The notes under the pieces were generated by a model. The model had not been told where the DNA came from. It saw only the letters and a list, made by a program, of their open reading frames with translations, and did no database searches. A program made the translations under genes and the position numbers. This document shows positions 26,545 through 36,515 of a DNA stretch of 64,000 nt, piece after piece. Source of the DNA: Iphione sp. A-MEVVRFRX5 (taxonomy: Eukaryota); the NCBI GenBank assembly GCA_976226885.1, contig OZ320314.1:81592001-81656000 (forward strand). Direction: 5' to 3'. Within the stretch, counting starts at the first letter, position 1; each line of letters opens with the position of its first letter.

Positions 26545-26640
26545 GTAGTGTAATTAAATTAAGCTAATCTTTGAGTGGGGGATCTGGGCACTTCCGGTGA
26601 TCAGGGTGTAAACAAAGATTTGTCAAAGCTGATTTATTAC
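26545..26640. promoter_or_regulatory. Compact enhancer-like motif cluster
   Basis: TAATTA (26551), TAATCT (26565, K50-homeodomain-like), CACTTCCGG (26589, ETS), TGTAAACAA (26607, Forkhead), AACAAAG (26611, Sox/HMG), TGATTTAT (26630, Pbx-Hox). Confidence 0.4.
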
Positions 26641-27660
26641 GAAAAAAATGGTAGCACTTGGGTTAAGTAAGATAATTCCATATCTTTATTGTTAATGTAA
26701 ATGAGTAGATTGGCCATCTAAGTACAATGTCTTTTTTTAAGTTTTAATTCAGCAAAAATGCTATGGAGGTGAAAAGTGTGTCTTAATGAGGGAATTTCTA
26801 CACATTTTAATGTGAATTTTAGGGGCTGGTGAAAACCAATGATATATTTTGACATATGCACTCAGTCCAAAGGTAGTTCTATATGTGTCTTTATTATGAT
26901 ATCAGTGTTAGCTTTGAAATAAATACCAAATAAATATTATGGGAGAAGACAATACAATGACTCAAAGAGAGAAGACCACTTCTTTTCACCTCCACTGCAG
27001 GCACCCTGACCTACATATGGGTAAGTGTACCAGGCTTATCAGCCACTGTGACATCATGCTCACTCCAATAATATTATTTCCTCATTACCGTTTAGAACAT
27101 CAGGTAAAAGTACTAGACATAAATGTTGTGCAAAAATAGCCCAGGTTTATATGGCAGGTTTCCCATTAGACTGTAAGATTATTCATCAGTGTTCAGTTTG
27201 TGCACTCAGGCATGGGAGGTATGCATGTGTGTGGAGAAAGCATTTGAGCTTGAAAACTTCACACAATGGCTCTTGCCTGAGTTGGAAGACCATTATTTGC
27301 CTAGACGCAAGACTTCTTCAAAGACCAAACAGGAGAAGTCTCCTTCCAGGACTGCCTCCTTGATCCAAGAACTTTTGAGAATGGAGTCACCCAAGACAGC
27401 TCCCTCAGCGGTGTCCTATACAACTTTATACTAGAGCAGATAATGCGGGCATCCCTGCCTACGGGAATGAAAATCGTTACTTATGCAGATAACCTTTCTC
27501 TACTCTACTCAGTGAGGAGGCCACGTCAGCCCTGGCACAAGGCCGTGGACAACCTACTAGGACTCAAGATTTTGACAAAAAAATACAAAAGCAATACTTT
27601 TTTCCAAATAAAGTTTTGACTCAGTAGACAGAATACTGAGTGTGTCAGAGAATTCAAGTA

Positions 27661-28249
27661 CAGTGGAACCTCTGTCTACGGATGCCTGGCCACTGGGGAC
27701 AACCCCTACTAGGTCCAGACTAAAACTCTTCATTCCATGTTTAACATGGCCAAGCAACTGAGGATGCTGACTTCCAGTGTACACTCGCCTTTGGGTACTC
27801 CCATTACAGTCCCACAGGCTTATTTCACAGGCTTTACAATGGGCAGTGACCTCCTAGAGAGTCCAAACACCTGTCCTTAGACCTACCAACACCTCAGGAT
27901 GGTGTGAAGGATGGGCCAGGAGAGGTTGGGAGGGCCTGTGTGACAATGCCGGGCTACCAACACCTGAGGAAGGAGTGAGGGAGGGCTGGTTGTTTGGGGA
28001 GAACAGTCGCGGATACTGCCGCCCCTAGCTACAGATCTTCCAACAGTTGGAGGAAGGTGTGAGGGATGGGCCAGTGGTGATTGGAAGACCCTCATGGACA
28101 TTCCCGGCCACATACTCAGAGCTGCCAGCATCTGGGGAAGGTGTGAGGGATGTCTATACTTTGGTGCGAAGGAAGTAGAGGTGTATCTCGGCTACTATGG
28201 ACGCTTTGCCACCAGTCCCGCTGCTGTCTGCTGTAGGGATGTTTCACTG
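27661..28249 (+). mobile_element. Non-autonomous Tigger-like element A carrying ~84-bp LPTPEDG repeats
   Basis: TA at 27659-60, then CAGTGGAACCTC. Right end GATGTTTCACTG, then TA at 28250-51. Internal repeats at 27883, 27954, 28037, 28122 (LPTPQDGVKDGPGEVGR-like). Confidence 0.75.
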
Positions 28250-28251
28250 TA

Positions 28252-29053
28252 CAGTAGTAAGGTGGGGTTCACATGTATCTGTACAAAAAGCACGTCTACA
28301 GGTCCATATCCGTAGCAACCTCCTGCAGATTCATAAATTTAATTGCCCACACATGAATACCAAATGATTCTGCATCACTGATTCCTATGAAAAACGGATC
28401 TGTATCCACAGAAAATCCATCAGCGACAGATTCGGAAAACATCTATGTGTCCCTATCTGCTTTGAAAGTAGTAGTCCTATGGATGGTTAAAATCCGTCTT
28501 CGTGTCCATATCCATTTTGAAGAAATATGGATGTATGTGAACCCCGTCTAACCCCATACAGCGGACAATGAAGGGGCTTTTACCATTCTGTCCACAATAG
28601 GGAGTCTCTGAAGTAGCCAAAATGGAGTAAACATGTATTAATAGTGGCAGAAATGTAGTAAAATAAACCGAAAATGGAGCAAAAATGTAGTAACAATGGT
28701 AGAAATGCAGTAGAAACGTATCCACCCTGGTCCTCCCGACCTCTGCTATCCCAAACTTTACACCATTCTGAGGTGTAGGTAGATCTGAGGAGGTGGCCGG
28801 CACTGTCCCACTGGTAATACTGACTTCTCCCAGCCCTTCTGTCATACCTTTCTCAGGGTTCGGTAGATCTAAGGAGGTAGCTGGCAATGTCCCACTAGTC
28901 CTCCCGACTTCTCCCAGCCCTTCTGTTACACCTTCTTCATGTTGTGGTGTCCACTGTTCCCTACAAGAATCACTGTTTGCGTCTGTAAAATTGGTGTCCA
29001 CAGTTGGTTGTCTGCATGATGGCTGCAATAGTGGTTGCAGTCCTCGTTCACTC
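28252..29053 (-). mobile_element. Non-autonomous Tigger-like element B, inverted relative to A, interrupted by a Harbinger-like MITE
   Basis: Starts CAGTAG(TAA) directly after the shared TA and continues CCCCATACAGCGGACA after the MITE, resembling the 3' terminus of A. Carries 84-bp repeats on the minus strand (GGTAGATCT at 28778 and 28862; ORF 28477-29028). Ends GTTCACTC + TA at 29054-55. Confidence 0.65.
28261..28548. mobile_element. PIF/Harbinger-like MITE (288 bp)
   Basis: TIRs GGTGGGGTTCACAT / ATGTGAACCCCGTC with a 3-bp TSD TAA at 28258-60 and 28549-51. Confidence 0.8.
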
Positions 29054-30563
29054 TACCATGGAGTGATACATGATCGACACCTCTCCTTTTGTAAGTGTGC
29101 AGAACACAACGCCAAAAGAACAAGCACACATCTCAATGTCCCAACGGCCATCTCCTCAGTTGGTTGAACAGACCTCCAGATCATGTCTACTATCTGCATT
29201 GGAGACATCAGACTCATTCTGCAGCATGGAAGTGCAACACTTGCCAACTAAGGCAAGACAGCCAACAAGAAATCAGAGAACCTCCAGAACAGAGATCTCC
29301 CGGCCATACTCAGACTCCTTCAATGGAACAATGTAGATGCACCGCGACCTGAAACAAACATCCCGCCACTCAGCACCAGGCACAATGTTCTCACAGCAAA
29401 CCTTGCATTGAAAGTCACCCAAAATGCCAAACACGCTCCTCATTACAGGCTGAAAGATGTACTCACCACGAGTCACAGCATCAGGACATGGTCCTATCAG
29501 ACAGCTACCATCTTCAACCTACTACTCCTGCTGAAGCTCACCGCAAAGCAACTGGAAGAATTTGGCAAGAATCTCCAGCAGCAATATGCATCTTTAAACA
29601 CTGGCAGAAAAGAAATAAAGGCCCTTATTCAACCTATGATGCAGCCCTACAACACAGAGGAGAAAACCATGCAAGGAGATGTTCAGTACTACACTGACAA
29701 ATCTGTTATCCCAGAAGAATAAGCAGGCTGTGCCTTCTTCATCCCGCATGGAACCAAGGGATTCCAAGTCTTGGACCTTACATCCACACTCCATACAGAG
29801 CTAGCAGCTCAGGGCTCCGGCCACAGAAGGGTACTAGGGGTAGCCATCTATACTAACTCATCGGATGCCACACACAACCTACAGCATTACACACCTCAAA
29901 ACGGCAACCAGCTGATCGACCAGACACATCACACCATGCACGGAGACACCCAACATATATCAACTGGATCCCTAGCCCGGTGGCGATCCTCAGCACTGAG
30001 GCAACAAACAAAGCAACTAAATGTGGCACAAGGAAACCTCAAATTGACATTAACAATCTAAAAAAAACACAGATGAAATTCCAGATCAGAACGTAAGTTG
30101 TTGAACTATTAATTCTCCAGGTAACACAGACAAACGGTGCCAACTGCCTAAGAGAAGGCTCACAGACAGCAACACTCTGCAGACAGTTAAGACATTAATT
30201 TTGATGCTCAGAAAATGACCTCCCAAGAGATCAGATGAACAATATCTGCCTCAGATGTGCCCACCCAGTGAGCATCATGATTACCGACTACCCAGCCCTG
30301 AGAAAGGAAAGGCAGATACTCCCTGAGTACCGTGAAGAGGACATGTAACTAAAACAGACTAACTTGCACTCGATATCCTGCAAGCTTAATTAGATGTTAT
30401 GAGGGACTCGCTCCTATCCTACTGAAACACCCCGTGAAGAAATAGATCACGACAAGAGAACTCAGGGTTGTCGCTTCTGGAGAACAGGGCATTCGTGGGC
30501 CAACCTTTATGCGACCTGCAAATCACGAAGAAACGAACAATGGAAGATAGAAGCGAGAGTAAA

Positions 30564-30572
30564 AGAGAGAGG

Positions 30573-30652
<80 letters not shown>
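30564..30652. repeat. (GA)n microsatellite
   Basis: About 89 bp, nearly pure GA. Confidence 0.97.
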
Positions 30653-30654
<2 letters not shown>

Positions 30655-32269
30655 CAATGTATGCACCAAAGGCGAATGTCTAACTAAAATAAAGTGTTAA
30701 CAGAATTCAGTATTTTGCTTTTCTGTTAAGTGGAGTACTTTTTACTTTACATGACAGCGCATGTCACGCGTGTTCTTCTAGAAAAATAACCACGCTCTTA
30801 TTCGTTTTGATAAAGTCATGACCAACCGAAAACGAATGTATTGAATGAATTAAAACATGAACTGCACAGCGTAACACAACTGTAATCGTAATTAACATTA
30901 TTCTATTTGTAATTCAATATATTTACAAGCAAAATGTGTTCTGCACATTACTCTATGTAATAAAATAGGGTCTTTGCCACTGCACTCTGAGCATAATCCA
31001 TCATGATTCTTCAATAGTTCATAAATAAACCCGTTTCTGGCCGTTATCCAGGCGGTGTCTTCACTTACGAAGGCACTGGTAAGGCAAACAGTCGCATCAT
31101 TTCTAATGGTTCTCGTAAACAGTGGTAGCACCGAGCGTGAGCAGAAATTCTGCCCATCCAGGAGCCAAACATACGCCCGCTGCATCGGTGATGACAAGCT
31201 AGTGGGTTGAGGCCCACAACTATTGTCTGTATACTGTAGTTAGTTGTCAGAACGTAGCGTATGTAGCACCCACACGCTCAATAATTTCTTGCTGACAGTC
31301 AAAAGCATGTGAAATTGAATGGTTTTCTAATTACTGCGTATATCGACTGTTAGCGTTCCTGCAGATAGAAGCGGTTGCTAATCCCAGTAGAAACAACGTG
31401 TCAGATATTTGTCTATAATATTAGTTCGAAACAGTTTTTCATCGAAAATAAATGGCAGCACCTAAAATGAAGAGCTAATAGTTAATCACTGTCACTCGCA
31501 TCGCATGAGCAGTGGTAAAAACACCAGCTAATAATACGAAAAGAAAACACCTTTTACGTATTCACTGCCATTGCCAAATATGTCGGTCTGACCTTTAGCG
31601 TGAGTTAGGTATGTAGCGGGATGGATGCTCGAGTGGTTATGGAGCTATTCTCGACCTGTCACTCCTTGATGCTATCTTGATGATTGTCAATGGCATGATT
31701 CATGCCAAAATGCCCTCAGGCAGTGTCCAATGTTTTGGGTACTTTCCGAGCGTCATCCCATCTCTTTCCGCTCGGTACATTATTATAGCTGTTCTGACTT
31801 AGTGGCGTGTTGCCTACCCAGCTGGCCCCCTGCCCTACGAATAGACCGCGAAAAGACCAGCCTGTGCTTTGTTTGAGTGTTGTATAGAGACCGAGAAGTG
31901 TCTAAATCTGCACGAACATGAACTGTTTTCTTAGACTAGAAGGGAAAAAGGCAAATTCAGAGTCGAATATCTGGGTCGATATGTTGCATCTTCGAGAGTT
32001 TTGCAGTGATGTGCGTTTTAATGTCAAGGCTTGATTTGATACTACTATTGGATCCAGGGAGAAAGGTGTCGAGGGAACTTTCTACGAACGGCTAGATATC
32101 GAGCGCAGCTCATATATCGCCATGATCAATGCTCAACAACCGACGTATGGAGGAAATAGATAAGAGAGAATTATCTGAGCAAATCTAAAAGGAACCCACA
32201 TCCTCATCCAATCGTGACTGCTCTTAGCGTAGGACTGAGGATCAATCGTACAGCATATGGGACGCCATA

Positions 32270-32569
32270 GGCGGTGTTTACATGTATTCATATTTTTCTA
32301 TGGATACGGATCCGCAGAGATCTGTTCAATAGGAATCAAGTACAACATTCGCATATGGCCGTATCCATTATGGTCTATGGATACGGATTTGTATCCATAT
32401 GTGACGAATCCATCTGAGATGGTTTTTCCTACAACTACTGATCCATATTTCATAGGCACAACACTTTAGGAAACATTAAACATTTAGTTAATGAAACACA
32501 CAGCTGGAAGTATTTCATGTCTCCTGATCTGTAGATGGATTTTTCGAATGGATACATGTGAACCACCCC
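32270..32569. mobile_element. PIF/Harbinger-like MITE (300 bp), same family as 28261-28548
   Basis: TIRs GGCGGTGTTTACATGTAT / ATACATGTGAACCACCCC; 3-bp TSD ATA at 32267-69 and 32570-72; internal GGATAC/GTATCC motifs. Confidence 0.75.
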
Positions 32570-33301
32570 ATAGATAAGCCAAGCTAGAACCAAAATTACA
32601 AGTCACATTGACATGTTTGTATCTGTAGAAACCCTCTAATGCCACACCTGACAGGACTGGCTAAATCTCAATGGAGGGTTTCCCACCCACCTGATTGTTG
32701 TCTTTCTTGCAAGCTGTACAGTATATTGGGACTTGTCAAACCTGCCCGTAATTCTAGGTTGCTCCCGTAGATGAGATGCCCGCCGGGTGAGCTTTTAATG
32801 TTTATTCATACGTGTAACTAACCAGGTAATATATTTCAGTTAATTTTATCCAGCTGCCTCTAGTCTCACTAACATTTAAGTACAATTATACGGATTCACG
32901 CCCCTGATATTGTAAACAGAGATAGTCGGGGGAAATACAAAGGGTTTAGTGTACGAAATTTGGTTTAACTAGCAGCAGAACATTGCAATATTTATCTGGT
33001 AACAAGTGTTGTACTTTCCTACGGTGCGAGATGTTGCTCTTGGGCTTCAGGGATGGAACTTAATACTTGAATGGAGTCTGCATCCACTTAAATAACTGGC
33101 CCAAGCTTCAAGGCATAATTAACGTTTCCTGCAGTACTTCCCAAGGAAAAACAATCTCACAGTTGTGTTTTATCGCACGCGAATCGTTTCATATTTTCCC
33201 ATTGCTTTTCGTCCTTGTCGTCCTTGCTTTTCATCCTTGTACAAATTATTATATAGCCAAGGCCAAAATAGGAATAACCGTGGACAGATCCTACGGATAA
33301 A

Positions 33302-33560
33302 TTGTTCAGCTTTGTTCTAATGAGCGATTGAATAGCAAACAGAATCGGCACTGCTTGAAAGCAGCAGGGAATGAAATCATACAGAGCAGTAAGGATATAT
33401 ATATATATATATCCTAATGGTTTACATATCTCTTGTTCAACTTTGTTCTAATGAGCGATTGAGTAGCAAACAGAATCGGCACTGCTTGAAAGCAGCAGGG
33501 GATGAAATCATTCAGAGCAGTAAGGATATATATATATAACCTAATGGTTTACATATCTCT
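33302..33560. repeat. 131-bp tandem duplication containing an (AT)n tract
   Basis: CTTTGTTCTAATGAGCGATTG starts at 33310 and 33441. Near-identical copies with (AT)9 vs about (AT)6. Confidence 0.95.
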
Positions 33561-35849
33561 CCTGTAAGACACTTAATAGCAGAGATGACAACAGGCCATG
33601 TATCTCATTTCAGTCCACCATGGTAAATAATACAAAATTGAATTTAGCAGAGAAATTCCTCATCAATAACACGTAAGTCTAAACATCCAGGAGTAAGAAT
33701 ATACTCCATATAAGAAATAGCATAACCTGACACGCTGATCGTCATCTATCACTTCCAGTACCTAGCATTTATAAGAGACATATTTGGAACCATGTCACGC
33801 AGATCTTCCTTGCATGGCTTCCTTATTCAATATCGTCCTTGCAACTGTTCTTTTCTTTTTGATTGGGCAATCTAGTAGAGGAATCTCCTGGATTCGAAAC
33901 AAACCCTTTCGGCAATAAAGAGCCGAGGGGCTTTAGAGTTTGTTTCATTAATTAAACCTTGAAACATTACATGTACGACTACAGTATTGCGTTTCACTGC
34001 TACTGCAATGTATTGCTTAGGCCTATCAACAGATATATGTGTGTCCGGTAACCTGGCCAACCTTAATTTAGTGTCAATGGAGATTTCTTTTAAGTGCATT
34101 ATTGTTTGTAAAATGAATAAGGATACAGACTCGTACGATACAACATTTGTTGATTAGACCATTACTTTTAATACAATACCACCCAAGAAGTAAAAATGAT
34201 ATAGCCACATGAATTTATTGCTTTATGAAACGTAAAAATAGGAGGAAAAAAGATATCACCTACCTACCAACCCTATATTTTGTCAACATGTTACTGAAAA
34301 CACAGACTTACTACTTAGTATATCTGTCTGACGAAGGCTAGTCTATGATTTACCTTCGTTAAATGAAATCATTTGTCTAGCCGTCGCTTTCAGGCTATAG
34401 TGTTGAACCAACATATATACCGTCAACGGGCGTATACTACCAGTATGTCATTTACTGCGTCCTCTAAAGCTTATATTTGTATGCCATGCACCCACAGCTC
34501 TATTGTTACCCTATCCATAAATTATTCCTGGTTTTCCTTACTAGCAGAGGGCCGAGGTTCGTTTACACAACCGGCTGTAAAGAAGAAAACTGCTCGCGGG
34601 AACGTTTGCCGGAGCCGCCACCTGTTTGTGACCAAGAGGCATGTGTGCTTCTCACGGCGAGACAGACGCAAACCAAACAGGAGTTACTCAAGAAGGTCGG
34701 GATCGAAACGCAACGACTTGTAAGAGAGAGGACCTGAGATCAGAAACATCTGATGACAGTGAATAGATGAATGTGTAGCAGAGATCCGTGAGGACATAGC
34801 AGCTATGGAGACACAGACTGAAGCTTTTGTCGGTAAAGGTCACATCGGCAATACATTTTCCTTCTGCTCAAACTTAAGCTTAGGAGAACGTTAGGCTGCA
34901 TATATCATAATCACTCGAAGTTGAGTTGAGACCTGCGACACAGGGAGGCGCACAGTGACGGCATTACTTTATAATTTGTATCGGCAGAAATTCTTTGACA
35001 AGCTTTAGGGGGTATCGAATCAGTATTCAGAACCATAACACACTGCTAGCGAACACCTCTTCACACATACTCTACATGATACGCAAAAGAACTGGTATCA
35101 AGATGTGGGTTTTTCACAAGACAATATTCCCATCATACATACTACCAGCAGAATCATAAAATGTTCTAGACATCCAACACAAATTCTGAAAATTAAATTC
35201 AAAGACAGATCATCCAGATGTTTTACTTCGATTGCCGTTAGATTTGTTCTAATAAGTTATAAAATGATTGGAATCCTGTGCCAAGGGCAGCTAATGACCT
35301 ATTCTTTTAAAGTACAGATGAACCTCCTTTTCCAGAGTACATTGGTTTTTTGAATATATAAACGGTTGACAAGGATTCTGGATAGCAAAAATCACTACAC
35401 ATGCATCTCCTGGTGGGAAAAAATGACATTTCATGGCCATTGCAGCAAATTCCAAGGAGAAAGTGCCCAAAATATGGCAAAGTTCAGGGAGAAAGTGATG
35501 AAAAATGGTTAATTTCAGGGAGAAAGTATGGATAATGTGGATAAGTGTGGATAAAGTATGAATAATGTTAGTCCCTCTACGCTGTGTTCTTTACTTTAAG
35601 AGGTCGCGGGCCACATGTCGCTGTTATGTAATCATTTTTTGGGGGCTGTCTGCACATGCTCTAATGCCTGATGCTTACTTTGTTCTCCCTAGTCCGGTTA
35701 ACTGTGTCTATTCCTATAGTAAATAATCTAACAATGTGGTCAAATACATTCCGGATGGTGGTTAATGGATTCCAGTTAAATAGTACGATTTATACAGGGA
35801 ATTAATTTGTAATTTGAAATAGTGATGGTTGATGAGGATATCCAGTTGT

Positions 35850-35879
35850 TGGGACTCCGGTAGACAAGGTTTGACTGTA
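35850..35879. mobile_element. Isolated Tigger-type terminus
   Basis: GACAAGGTTTGACTG followed by TA (reverse complement TA|CAGTCAAACC, a typical pogo/Tigger TIR start). Partner end not found. Confidence 0.35.
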
Positions 35880-36025
35880 TATAATCATTGGACTACTGTA
35901 CAACTTACTGCATAAATTCAAATACCAGATGCTCTGCCGCTTTAAACTATGACCTATCTGTATGGAAACCAGAAAGAGCGGATTATATATTGTTAATATA
36001 AAGACGGTTTCCATACATCTGGAAA

Positions 36026-36515
36026 CATGGGTGAGCATGCATGTGCATGTTGTTTACGTGGCAGTGCATTTTTTATTTCACATACCCTCATGCACATGGG
36101 TGTCCTTCATCATCTGTGAAGGCAGTGAAGGACAGTGCATGAAATGACTAGGAAAATGACAAAAAACGACAAAAAACACCCCAAACACAATAATTTCATG
36201 GAAAACAGACCGAAAAACATTAAATTTCAAGAAAATGGGCCTAAACACACCAAATTTCATGGAAAATGGGCCTAAAACGGCTAATTTAATGTAAAATAGG
36301 CCGAAAAATGGCAAAAAATGAGTGAAAAAACACAAGAAAAACACCAATTTATGTGGCAATGTGCATAACTGTGCATAAGTGTGCTGTAGTGTGTCTAAAA
36401 GTGAGTAAAAGTGAAGAAATAGGAAGAAATCACTGTGCATGACTGTGCATGTGCATGGAATTATTGAGCATGCACCGAAAATGATCCATGCACACTGTAT
36501 GCATGGTCACTCATA
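36026..36515. mobile_element. MITE-like foldback element with internal ~30-bp A-tract repeats
   Basis: Inverted ends CATGGGTGAGCATGCAT..GTGCATG vs CATGCAC..ATGCATGGTCACTCATA. The interior has about 4 units like AAATTTCATGGAAAATGGGCCTAAAACGGC. Confidence 0.65.

Larger units (their letters stand above)
27020..30530 (+). mobile_element. I/Nimb-type LINE remnant (RT + RNase H + C-terminal knuckle), 5'-truncated, split by a 1.4-kb nested insertion
   Basis: RT: VEKAFE (cf. DLEKAFE), ENGVTQDSSLSGVLYNFI (cf. GTPQGSSLSPVLFN), YADN at 27482, LGLKI, EFKY|HGVIHDRHLSF (cf. FKYLGVxIDxxLxF). RNase H: YYTDKSV at ~29687, STLHTELAA, IYTNS, NWIPSPVAILSTEATNKATK at ~29962 (cf. WIPSHVGIxGNExADxAAK). Multiple stops and frameshifts. 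Confidence 0.9.

Noticed and set aside
30468-30683. ORF with ERERER run (also 26252-26544)
   Set aside because: Translation of (GA)n microsatellites.
31615-31660. tRNA-Ser/Leu-like A box (GGATGCTCGAGTGGTTATGGAGC)
   Set aside because: No B box or cloverleaf follows.
36078-36440. 120-aa Phe-rich 'membrane protein' ORF
   Set aside because: It is the T-rich strand of the A-tract repeats inside the MITE at 36026-36515.
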